Of a DNA stretch of 35,982 nt, positions 17,902 to 26,668 are shown in pieces. Within the stretch, counting starts at the first letter, position 1, and each line of letters opens with the position of its first letter. The position numbers and the translations under genes are program-made. The notes beneath the pieces are model-generated. The model did not search any database. It saw only the letters and a list, made by a program, of their open reading frames with translations, and had not been told where the DNA came from. The stretch is from Promethearchaeota archaeon (GTDB lineage: Archaea > Asgardarchaeota > Lokiarchaeia > Sigyniarchaeales > SOKP01): assembly GCA_048938855.1 (NCBI GenBank), contig JBHLLT010000007.1, forward strand, positions 98,163 to 134,144, read 5' to 3'.

Positions 17902-17907
17902 AATTAG

Positions 17908-18927
17908 ATGCCAATGGAAGCAGTTAATTTAGCTCTAAATTTAGAGGAACTTGAAAGAAATTATCCAGAAAATCCTTTAGATTATTTTAAAGATAAAAAA
18001 TTATGTCTTTTTAAAGCATGCCTTGAATCATATTTCCCTGGAGTTAGATTTGGAATGCAAGATCTCTTAGAAGAACTTCAATTAAATGTAACTCTGTGTA
18101 GAAATCAGTCATGTTGCTCTGGTACCTTTTTTCAGAGAAATCTAATAACTCGCGCTCAATTCGCTGCTATCAATGAACGGAATTTAAGTGAGATGAACCA
18201 ATTGGCCGATATTGTGCTTTTCAGTTGTAATGGTTGTTATAATAGTCTTTTAAGAGGTCGAGAATTTTTAAAAATCCCTGAAGTAAAGAAAAAAACAACT
18301 GAAATCCTAAATAAATTAAAGGAGAAAGAAATTGGTAAGAATTATCCCAATAAATATGAAATTATAGAACATTTGAATCTTAAATTAATACATGATTTAG
18401 ATTTTTTGTATTTGATAAAAAATGAGGTTATAAATTCCCTAAAATTTGATTTAAAGGGTCTTAAAGTCGCTATCCATTATGGCTGTCATTACTTAAATCT
18501 TTCAAGGGATAAAAGTACAATTGAAGAATATTTAAAAGATAAAACCAAATTAGATGAATTGATTTCTCTTTTTGGTGGTACTCCGATCGATTATCAGGAA
18601 AAAGAAAGCTGTTGTGGATGGGGTGCTTCACAGTTATTAATCAATCCTAAAGAAGCCCTTAAGATTACCTTTAATAAGTTAAAGAGTGCCGAAAATGTAG
18701 AAGCTGATTTTTTAGTAACCCCCTGTCCAACTTGTTTATACACTCTGAGTAAACCTGAATACAGAGATAAAATGAATAAATGGTTTGGAGAGAAGTTAGA
18801 TATCCCTACTATCCATTTGAATGAATTGATCGCCATCCTTCGAGGATGTGAAGAGGAACGTTGTATCACCCTTAGGCGAAAGACTCCACGCTTGGATGAA
18901 ATCTTTGAAATTATAACAAAAGAGTAA
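17908..18927 (+). CDS. hdrB: Heterodisulfide reductase subunit B-like CCG-domain protein
   Basis: Two CCG domains: KAC..SCCSG..SCNGCY and HYGCHY..SCCGWG..PCPTC. Confidence 0.85.
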   Translation: MPMEAVNLALNLEELERNYPENPLDYFKDKKLCLFKACLESYFPGVRFGMQDLLEELQLNVTLCRNQSCCSGTFFQRNLITRAQFAAINERNLSEMNQLADIVLFSCNGCYNSLLRGREFLKIPEVKKKTTEILNKLKEKEIGKNYPNKYEIIEHLNLKLIHDLDFLYLIKNEVINSLKFDLKGLKVAIHYGCHYLNLSRDKSTIEEYLKDKTKLDELISLFGGTPIDYQEKESCCGWGASQLLINPKEALKITFNKLKSAENVEADFLVTPCPTCLYTLSKPEYRDKMNKWFGEKLDIPTIHLNELIAILRGCEEERCITLRRKTPRLDEIFEIITKE

Positions 18928-19104
18928 TCTATTGGAAAAAAAAGATCCAAATAAATTGTAAATCAAAGTCTTTTCTTAGTTTATGCGATATATAATAATT
19001 GATATTTAAACTTTTTCTGATCTATTCATTTAAAAACAAAAGTCTTTTTTACTTAAATAATTAGGAAAAACTGTGTTACCCTTATTTAAATAATCTAAAA
19101 TTTT

Positions 19105-20262
19105 ATGAAAGAAGCACTTGATACCTATTTTGCTCCGGCAAAAAGGAAGAGTCTTGAAGAAGTTAGAGAAGAAGCAAAAGTAATCTTTCAAACTCATTTT
19201 GAAGAAATTCTTAATTTAATTCCAAATATTGCAATGATAGTCAATGAGGAGCGTCAAGCGGTTTTTTTAAATCAAGCATTTATTCAATCTTTTGGTATTA
19301 AAAATATTGAGGATGCAATGGGTTCCAGACCCGGAGAAATATTAAGGTGCATTCATTCTCAAGATTTCATTCACGGATGTGGTACCGGTCAAGCTTGTCG
19401 TTATTGTGGAGCAGTATATGCAGTACTTCGAAGTTTGAAAACCAACAAAAAAACATCAAATGAAGCCAGAATTACATCCAATATTGATGGAAATCTAATT
19501 TCATTTGATTTGAATGTTACAGCACAACCAATTAATTTAAGCGGAAAAAAATTTGTTATGCTATTTTTTTCTGATATTAGCAATCAAAAACGCCAAGAGC
19601 TATTGGAGAGTACCTTTTTACATGATTTATTAAACATGTTAACGGTTGTTATTGGTTATCTTGAAATTTTTCCACGTAAAGGTTTAAATGCTCAACAAAA
19701 CCAATACTTCACTCAAATTAATAATTATGTACAAATATTAATTCAAGAGTTCTTAGCTCAAAGGGATCTTATAGCTGCTGAAAAAAATGAACTTATCATT
19801 GATCTCAAAAACCAAAATTCCTTGGAAATATTAAAGGAAACTATAAATCTCATAAAAGATCAGAATGTAGCAAGTAAAAAAGAAATTGAACTTGATAAAA
19901 ATTCTGCATCAGTAATGATCCAGACAGATGTAAGATTACTAACTCGGATATTACTAAACCTTCTAAAGAATGCATTAGAAGCAAGTAATTCTGGCGAATT
20001 CGTGAAAATTGGATGCAAATTTTCTGATGAAAATATAATTTTTTGGGTAAAGAATTCAGCTGCTATGACAGAAGACGTTAAGAGTCAGATCTTTCAAAGA
20101 TCCTTTTCAACAAAAGGGACTGGAAGAGGAGTTGGTACATACAGTGTAAAATTGTTAACAGAAAGATATCTTGGTGGAAAAGTGGATTTTCAATCCTCAA
20201 AAGAAGAGGGTACTGTTTTTTATGTACATCTTCCAATAGGAAAAAAAGTTATTAAAGAGTAA
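19105..20262 (+). CDS. Soluble PAS-domain sensor histidine kinase (Cys-rich PAS)
   Basis: PAS with RPGEILRCIH..GCGTGQACRYCG. H-box FLHDLLN, N-box NLLKNALEA, F-box IFQRSFSTKG, G2 GRGVGTYS. Confidence 0.88.
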   Translation: MKEALDTYFAPAKRKSLEEVREEAKVIFQTHFEEILNLIPNIAMIVNEERQAVFLNQAFIQSFGIKNIEDAMGSRPGEILRCIHSQDFIHGCGTGQACRYCGAVYAVLRSLKTNKKTSNEARITSNIDGNLISFDLNVTAQPINLSGKKFVMLFFSDISNQKRQELLESTFLHDLLNMLTVVIGYLEIFPRKGLNAQQNQYFTQINNYVQILIQEFLAQRDLIAAEKNELIIDLKNQNSLEILKETINLIKDQNVASKKEIELDKNSASVMIQTDVRLLTRILLNLLKNALEASNSGEFVKIGCKFSDENIIFWVKNSAAMTEDVKSQIFQRSFSTKGTGRGVGTYSVKLLTERYLGGKVDFQSSKEEGTVFYVHLPIGKKVIKE

Positions 20263-20516
20263 TTAACAACTTCTTGAAAGTTCTCTATTTTTGCTTCATC
20301 GGTTTCAATTCTAATTCAATTGGCAATGTTTCAGCATGAGGATTTAGAAGTAATATACCTTTTTGTATCCATAATTTATCAAAGACATCCATTAGATGCA
20401 TAAAATATGCACTATAGTAATAAAATAGTTGTATATAGAGATAATCTACCAGTTTAGAATTATTTATATTTTTACTATGTTTTCTACATTTACTAGACTT
20501 AAACGATGAATTAGGA

Positions 20517-21449
20517 ATGGCAGAAAAAAAGCAAAAAGGCAATTCAACCAATAGGAGTCTTATTGCCATCTTCCTTTTAATTCTCACTACAGTTCTCTGG
20601 GGGACATCATTTATTATAACTAAAAATATTATAGAAGGTGTCCCAATCTTCTTGTATCTTGGTTTTAGATTTTTGATTGCTTTCTTTGGATTTATTCCTT
20701 TCTTTCCACGCCTAAAAAATTTGAATAAGAAAATATTGCTAATGGGATGTATAACAGGATTAATATACTTTTTTGGTATTCTAACTCAAACTTTTGGACT
20801 TCGACTCAATGATTCGGCAGGAAAAACTGGTTTTATAACGGGTTTGAGTACAATAATCGTACCATTTATTACATGGCTTGGTTATAAAAAGCGACTTCAC
20901 ATTAGAATTTGGTTAGCTGTAATAATATCTGTATTCGGTATGGCATTATTATTATTAGAGGAAGTATCAGGATTAATTATTGGAGATCTTTTAGTACTCA
21001 TATGTGCTTTCTTTTTTGCCATCTACATCGTTTTAAATGATAAATATGTCCACTTAGTCGATATATATTTATATTCCATAGTCCAAGTTTTTGTAATTTC
21101 TCTATCCAGTTTTATAAGTTCTTTAATCTTAAGAGAACCAGTCACTATAAGTTCGCTCTCCCCCCCATTTTGGATAATTCTATTGTATATGGGTATTGCT
21201 GTAATGACATTAACTGTACTATTTCAAAATTGGAGTCAGCAATATCAGGGACCAACGACCACAGCGATTATATTTACTCTCGAACCTGTGTTTGCAGCAT
21301 TGTTTGGATTTTTAATTGGTGGTGAAATCTTATCATTATTCGCTTGGATAGGATGTGGTTTAATCTTTTGCGCCATTTTAATAATAGTATTAAAAAGTAA
21401 TAATATCGAAGAAAAAAGTAAGAGCTCTACTTCGAAGGAAAATAATTAG
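20517..21449 (+). CDS. DMT/EamA-family transporter
   Basis: LWGTSF, GFRFLIA, GDLLVLICA and IFTLEPVFAALFG motifs; ~10 TM helices. Confidence 0.9.
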   Translation: MAEKKQKGNSTNRSLIAIFLLILTTVLWGTSFIITKNIIEGVPIFLYLGFRFLIAFFGFIPFFPRLKNLNKKILLMGCITGLIYFFGILTQTFGLRLNDSAGKTGFITGLSTIIVPFITWLGYKKRLHIRIWLAVIISVFGMALLLLEEVSGLIIGDLLVLICAFFFAIYIVLNDKYVHLVDIYLYSIVQVFVISLSSFISSLILREPVTISSLSPPFWIILLYMGIAVMTLTVLFQNWSQQYQGPTTTAIIFTLEPVFAALFGFLIGGEILSLFAWIGCGLIFCAILIIVLKSNNIEEKSKSSTSKENN

Positions 21450-21508
21450 TTTTAAAAATCAAGTATTATAATTATTTACTAAATTTCCAAATTAAACAAG
21501 GTGCTAAC

Positions 21509-22063
21509 ATGAGTATAGATAAAAATGCTGAAGTAAAATTTTTTGGTTTTCGAATAGGAAAAACAGGTACAATAATTTTGAGTTTTATAGCTCTTACCCT
21601 TTTTATTCAATATATTCCTCATGTGTATTATATGGGCCAAATGCTTCTATTATATATATTTAATACTCCAATTACAGAAATATTAGCAAATATAGGTAGT
21701 TTCATCCAGGGTTTAATTTCATTCATTATCCCATTAACTTTATTAAGCTTTCTTCTCGTTCTATTTATCCTATGTGCTACAATGCAGAAGTCCTTTAGAA
21801 GTGAAGATATTTACGTTAAATGGTTCTCGTATAGACTAACAAAAAGTTCCATTACTGTTCTTTTTATATTATCATTAATATTCATCATAATTGATTCAAT
21901 GAATTTCTTTGATTGGGTAATCTCCTTTACATATATGATATTACATATGCCCATCTCATTTGTAATATATTATATTATTATTATTGTAACAGTATTACTC
22001 TCCATGATAATTCAAGTTTACACGCTAATAATTTGCGTTAAAAGTAGAGAAATTCTATTTTAA
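21509..22063 (+). CDS. Four-TM membrane protein with internal duplication
   Basis: AGGTG SD. Halves begin VKFFGFRIGKTGTIILSFIAL and VKWFSYRLTKSSITVLFILSL. Confidence 0.7.
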   Translation: MSIDKNAEVKFFGFRIGKTGTIILSFIALTLFIQYIPHVYYMGQMLLLYIFNTPITEILANIGSFIQGLISFIIPLTLLSFLLVLFILCATMQKSFRSEDIYVKWFSYRLTKSSITVLFILSLIFIIIDSMNFFDWVISFTYMILHMPISFVIYYIIIIVTVLLSMIIQVYTLIICVKSREILF

Positions 22064-22278
22064 TATCATTTCAATTCAATATTCTTTTTATTTTTTGACT
22101 TTTTAAAAACATATTTTGTGGTAAAATCCGAAAAACTTTTACTTTAAAACATATTTAAATAATTAGATAGTTATTAATATCTAAATAAGGGTTGCTTTGT
22201 CGGTTAATAATTATATTATTAAGCGTATTAGTAAAACAAACTTATTATTAACATAATCGATTATCTGTGAACTAAGAC

Positions 22279-22437
22279 ATGTCCGCTCATAAATTAAAAC
22301 CAAAAGATCTAACTATTTGTAACAAATGCGGAAACGTCATGGTAAACAGAAAAATTCGAGTCAATCATTCTGATGAAGTAAAATTCCAAAAAGTTTTACA
22401 ATGTATTGTTTGTCGTTATTGGATAGCTCAGGATTAA
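22279..22437 (+). CDS. Small zinc-ribbon protein (52 aa), missing from ORF track
   Basis: MSAHKLKPKDLTICNKCGNVMVNRKIRVNHSDEVKFQKVLQCIVCRYWIAQD* with two CxxC motifs (CNKC, CIVC). Confidence 0.75.
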   Translation: MSAHKLKPKDLTICNKCGNVMVNRKIRVNHSDEVKFQKVLQCIVCRYWIAQD

Positions 22438-22526
22438 TTTTTCCTTTGATTTTATGAAAATGGATGAATAATACATATATTCAACTTATTCTTCCTCTAT
22501 ACGCTTAATATTCATTTATTTAATAT

Positions 22527-22684
22527 TAAAGAAAAGGAAGGGATTGGAAATCCAGCCAAAAAATTTAAAATCAGGGAGAGAATTAAACTCGAACGAGTTT
22601 AATAGAGGGCGAATTTTGGCAAATGTCCGAATCGGGCCTAAATTTGCATCCAATGTAATGGCTAGATCAATAGGATCCCTTCTT
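22527..22684 (-). ncRNA. Candidate structured ncRNA (~150 nt), family not recognised
   Basis: Locally GC-enriched intergenic island. Nested stems GAAGGGAU/AUCCCUUC, AUCUAGCCA/UGGCUGGAU, GCAAAU/AUUUGC, AAAAUU/GAUUUU and AUUAAACUC/GAGUUUAAU. TATA box upstream and U-rich 3' end. Confidence 0.65.
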
Positions 22685-22701
22685 AACTAGAAGTAGTATC
22701 T

Positions 22702-22714
22702 CTATATATAAAAA
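22702..22714 (-). promoter_or_regulatory. TATA box for the candidate ncRNA
   Basis: TTTTTATATATAG on the minus strand, centred ~25 nt upstream of the 5' GAAGGG at 22682, the canonical archaeal spacing. Confidence 0.55.
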
Positions 22715-22847
22715 CCATAGTATTATATTTTATTTATGTTACGATGTCCAGTACAATACAATTTGGGTAAAAAATTAAAATTTTTGTACAAAATCTTGCT
22801 TAATAATTTTAATAACTATGTAATATTACTTTAGAAGCAAAAAAATC

Positions 22848-23654
22848 TTATTTCAATAATTCCTCAATATTTATTTTTAGCCCGTCTTCTGCTGCGACAA
22901 TATTTTTAATATCTGTACTTTCTTGGAGTTTTTTTACTTGACTAGGAACATAATTTTTTATCGACCTAGGACCGTCCATAGATGACCCGAAGTGAGTGAT
23001 GATAAGACCATTAAGAGTAGGGTTAATCTTGTTAAGATAGGGGATAACTTCATCAGTACATAGATGTCTTTTACAAACGATTGAGTTTGGTCTTAAAAGG
23101 TTAAGAATCAAAATATTACATCCTGAAAATTCTTCAGAAAATCCAGGATAAACCATAGTATCACTGGTAAATGCTATAGAATAGTCTTTAAGGCAAAACT
23201 TTACTCCGAAACCTTCATTGTTGGGTGAATGGACTGTCTTTGTACCAATAATCTCTACACCTTTATAATTGAATGTATCTCCTGTCTTAAATTGTATGAC
23301 TTCTTTAAGCATGTTTAAATGGTAATCAGAAATATATTTAAGGACTTCTTCGGTAGTAATTAGAATACCTTTTTTAAAGTAATTATAATTTTTATCATGT
23401 AAAATTTCTCTCGAACTTTCAATAACAGCACTTAAGTCGCTATAATGGTCAACATGGCCATGGGTAACAATGAAAAGCTCTGTTTTTACAGGATCTTCTT
23501 TATATTGATTAATTCTTACGATAGCTCCAGGTCCAGGATCTACATGAGCTTGAATATTATTAAATTTGTACAGAATTCCTCCTGTAGCTCTATATTGTGT
23601 TCTAATATGATGGCGTCCGCCTCCAGAACCAAGGATAATGATTTCATCAGCCAT
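22848..23654 (-). CDS. MBL-fold hydrolase, RNase Z/PhnP-like archaeal family
   Basis: ILGSGGGR, HVDPGPGA, THGHVDH, TVHS, FTSDT, HL and THFG motifs. Start ATG 23654 or 23663. Confidence 0.85.
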   Translation of the reverse strand: MADEIIILGSGGGRHHIRTQYRATGGILYKFNNIQAHVDPGPGAIVRINQYKEDPVKTELFIVTHGHVDHYSDLSAVIESSREILHDKNYNYFKKGILITTEEVLKYISDYHLNMLKEVIQFKTGDTFNYKGVEIIGTKTVHSPNNEGFGVKFCLKDYSIAFTSDTMVYPGFSEEFSGCNILILNLLRPNSIVCKRHLCTDEVIPYLNKINPTLNGLIITHFGSSMDGPRSIKNYVPSQVKKLQESTDIKNIVAAEDGLKINIEELLK

Positions 23655-23681
23655 GTTAACCATTTATATCATAAAATGCGG

Positions 23682-24200
23682 TTAATATTTACTTATTTGC
23701 ACTAAATTTTTAATTAAAGTTTCAAATACTTTTTCGATGTTATTACCAGTTTTAGCTGACGTTTTAATGTAATCTATCATATTAAAAGTATATTTTAGAT
23801 GAAGGGCACTATCATCATCTACTGCAATTAAATCTTCTAGATCTAATTTAGTTCCTACGAGCATAATAGGCAAATTTATATCATGTAATCGAGCGATGTT
23901 TACCCATTCTAATATATCATTAATGTGTGGCATTCGAGTTAAATCGATTAAAAGAAGTGCTGCCCTTGCCCCCATTACAAAATTTTCAAGGAGGTATCTG
24001 AATCGTCTTTGACCTCCTAAATCCCATAATTGGAGGAGACAACGTGTATTATCGAAGAAAAGCTCTTTGGTAAAAAAATCTGCTCCAACTGTCATCACAG
24101 TTGAATCATCGAACATCCCATCTACATATCTTCTTAGAAGAGAAGTCTTACCTACAGCAGCATTACCAGTAATCAAAATTTTAAAGATATAATTTTTCAT
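23682..24200 (-). CDS. Rab-like small GTPase
   Basis: FKILITGNAAVGKTS, TVGADF, LQLWDLGGQ, GTKLD and TSAK motifs; no C-terminal prenylation motif. ATG 24200 preferred over GTG 24245. Confidence 0.9.
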   Translation of the reverse strand: MKNYIFKILITGNAAVGKTSLLRRYVDGMFDDSTVMTVGADFFTKELFFDNTRCLLQLWDLGGQRRFRYLLENFVMGARAALLLIDLTRMPHINDILEWVNIARLHDINLPIMLVGTKLDLEDLIAVDDDSALHLKYTFNMIDYIKTSAKTGNNIEKVFETLIKNLVQISKY

Positions 24201-24285
24201 GCTTGAATGGGTAGATATTATAATAAGTGACAAATGCAAAACCACTTATTTATTTTAATACTTTAAAATATACGACATTTTAGAT

Positions 24286-26547
24286 TTACTTTTGATCAAA
24301 TTCTTTCATTAGAATTTCATCAATTTGAGAAAAAACAGATTCTAACTTTTCAGATATTAAATTCTGAATCATTAATTTTGAAAAACGATTCTTATTATCT
24401 TTAATAAAATTATCATACTCCCTTATTACTATTTCTTGTCCTTTTCTCCCCAAATTTGCTAGAGTTTGATGAGTAGGATTATTGATGTTATACTTTTTAA
24501 TAGGAATATCAAGTGGGAGCTTAAAAATATGTCTTGAACTCTTCAATATTTGAACTTGCTTAGTAATTAAGATAGAATTTAAGATAGCAGACAAATAAAA
24601 AGCCTCATCCAAATTTTTTGTTGCATAAAAAGATAAATCCCCGGTAACCAAGTAATCTCCTTGGATTACTGCCGATTGCAATACAGAACCCGAATTGTTA
24701 AATACAACTTTGATTTTTGCTAATTGTCTATTATTTATCAACTTTGACCATCTATTTAAATTATCTATTAAATCTGCGTGTTTAGTTGTTTCCTTTTTAT
24801 ATTTTTTATAGAAATTATTGACTTTATCATAAAATAATTTAGCATATTTATCCAAATTGGCATAATCAAAATTTAAATCATCTTTAGAAAGTGGCAGGAA
24901 AGCTTCGTAATAATCATAGACATAAAATTTCACTAATTCTGTGCTTTTAATTACTTTGAAGATATATTTCTTTTCTATTATCTCATTTTTAAATTCTTTT
25001 TTATTCCATGGCTCTTTAGCTCTTTTAAGAATCCTCTCATCTGGGTCAATTTTTATTAGGGAATCTTTGGATTCTTTACTTTTTACAAATATTAAATTCC
25101 TTGGATTTAAATCTGCTCCTTTATGAAAAAGTGGTTTATAATAACTTTCTTTTATTGGTAAAAGATCTTTTAAACTTCTTTTTGAAATTAATTTTTTAGT
25201 ATAGACATTTCCTGCTTTTTTTTCGACATTATATGCTACAAGTGTTTCTACTTTTTCTAAATCAAGATCCACATCATTGAAATATTCAATTTGGTCTGTA
25301 TCATTTGTTAATTTGAAGCAATATGATTTAATTTCTTGATTGGAATTTAATGTACTACTACTTGATTTTTTGCCAAATAAACATATAAAATCAGTATTGA
25401 AAATTTTTTCCACCTTTCGATTAAAAACCCAGATTTTTATATTAGAAAATCCTTCAAAATTACGAAATTGTGAAGTATGAGACCCCGTGATAACGCCTTT
25501 TGTCAATACAAAAAAAATTTTTGCTCCCTCTTTCATGTAAGCGTTCTTTGCTTTATAAAAAAATAAGGTTGAGATTTCTAAATTTAAAAGATTTTTAGGT
25601 CGTGGTTTTATTTTTAATTGTTCAGCAAGAATTTTTGCTTTTTCTTGATAATCTAAAGATTCAATATCACGATAAGTATACCAAGGAGGGTTACTTATTA
25701 CTAAATCAAATTTTTCCGAAAAATTACTTTCTTTTTGATATAAAGAATCAAAAGTATATACGTTAAGTATAATCTTCGCATCTAATTCTCTTACCAGATA
25801 CAATAAAATTATTTTTGTTATGTAAATCGATATAGGATTTATATCAAGACCATATAAACTATTTATTGCAGTAATTTTATCCTCCCTCGATTTCTTCTGA
25901 GATAAAATCATATGTAAAATCTCTATTAGAAAATTTCCTGTACCGCAACAAGGATCAAGAACATTTTCACCGTAAAAATAGGAATCTCGAACCATTATTT
26001 TTACTAAAAATGGAGGGGTGTAATATTCCCCTGATTTATGTCTTACTGTTGGAGAAATTAATTTTTGGATGAGAAAATCAAAATAATATTCAGGTGGAAT
26101 TTTCAATTCAAAAATAAATTTCGATAAACTCGTTAATAGAGAACAAATTGAATTTATGTTTTCCTTTTCAGAGAGAGATATAATTGGTTTAAAATATTTT
26201 ATCCCAAAAAGATCTATATTAGTGTAAGTTGATGTTATTTCAGATTTAACAACTCTTAGTACTTCCTTAAAGGGTTTATTTTGATTAAATAATGATTTTT
26301 TGTTTCTAAGAATAAATTTGGAGATAAAAATAAAACCAATAAAATATAGAAGAGCATTAATACAATATAATTGTAATGTAATTTGTTTCTTCCCATACAC
26401 TTTATTAAAATCATCACACCATTCTTTGAACTCCCAATTTTGCAATATATTATGTTTAATTAAGAGAATTTCTAGATCCTTTAATTGATCCTTGATAAAA
26501 TTAAGATCTAACTTGTTTTCATCATTTGGATTTATTAGTATAACCAA
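24286..26547 (-). CDS. N6-adenine DNA methyltransferase (gamma-type) with C-terminal target-recognition region
   Basis: GEYYTP (motif X), VLDPCCGTGNFL (I), LYGLDINP (II) and SNPPW (IV). Confidence 0.88.
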   Translation of the reverse strand: MVILINPNDENKLDLNFIKDQLKDLEILLIKHNILQNWEFKEWCDDFNKVYGKKQITLQLYCINALLYFIGFIFISKFILRNKKSLFNQNKPFKEVLRVVKSEITSTYTNIDLFGIKYFKPIISLSEKENINSICSLLTSLSKFIFELKIPPEYYFDFLIQKLISPTVRHKSGEYYTPPFLVKIMVRDSYFYGENVLDPCCGTGNFLIEILHMILSQKKSREDKITAINSLYGLDINPISIYITKIILLYLVRELDAKIILNVYTFDSLYQKESNFSEKFDLVISNPPWYTYRDIESLDYQEKAKILAEQLKIKPRPKNLLNLEISTLFFYKAKNAYMKEGAKIFFVLTKGVITGSHTSQFRNFEGFSNIKIWVFNRKVEKIFNTDFICLFGKKSSSSTLNSNQEIKSYCFKLTNDTDQIEYFNDVDLDLEKVETLVAYNVEKKAGNVYTKKLISKRSLKDLLPIKESYYKPLFHKGADLNPRNLIFVKSKESKDSLIKIDPDERILKRAKEPWNKKEFKNEIIEKKYIFKVIKSTELVKFYVYDYYEAFLPLSKDDLNFDYANLDKYAKLFYDKVNNFYKKYKKETTKHADLIDNLNRWSKLINNRQLAKIKVVFNNSGSVLQSAVIQGDYLVTGDLSFYATKNLDEAFYLSAILNSILITKQVQILKSSRHIFKLPLDIPIKKYNINNPTHQTLANLGRKGQEIVIREYDNFIKDNKNRFSKLMIQNLISEKLESVFSQIDEILMKEFDQK

Positions 26548-26668
26548 AAATTAAAACTCCATTTCCTTAAATCCGTTTTATAATCAATGAATTAATATTT
26601 AAATATTAATTAAATATTTTTATATTAATTATTAAACAAAAGAGATATTGAAATAAAAATAACTCATA

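Noticed and set aside
20285-20587. 100-aa minus-strand ORF, with a possible short internal ORF from ~20401
   Set aside because: Overlaps the DMT gene start and promoter. The distal part could be a gene remnant, but nothing supports it.
22527-22684. Identification of the structured element as SRP RNA, RNase P RNA, a C/D or H/ACA guide, tRNA or MITE
   Set aside because: Too short for archaeal SRP or RNase P and lacking their conserved motifs. No proper C box, terminal ACA or cloverleaf. No target-site duplication is evident, and the internal stems and promoter favour an RNA gene.
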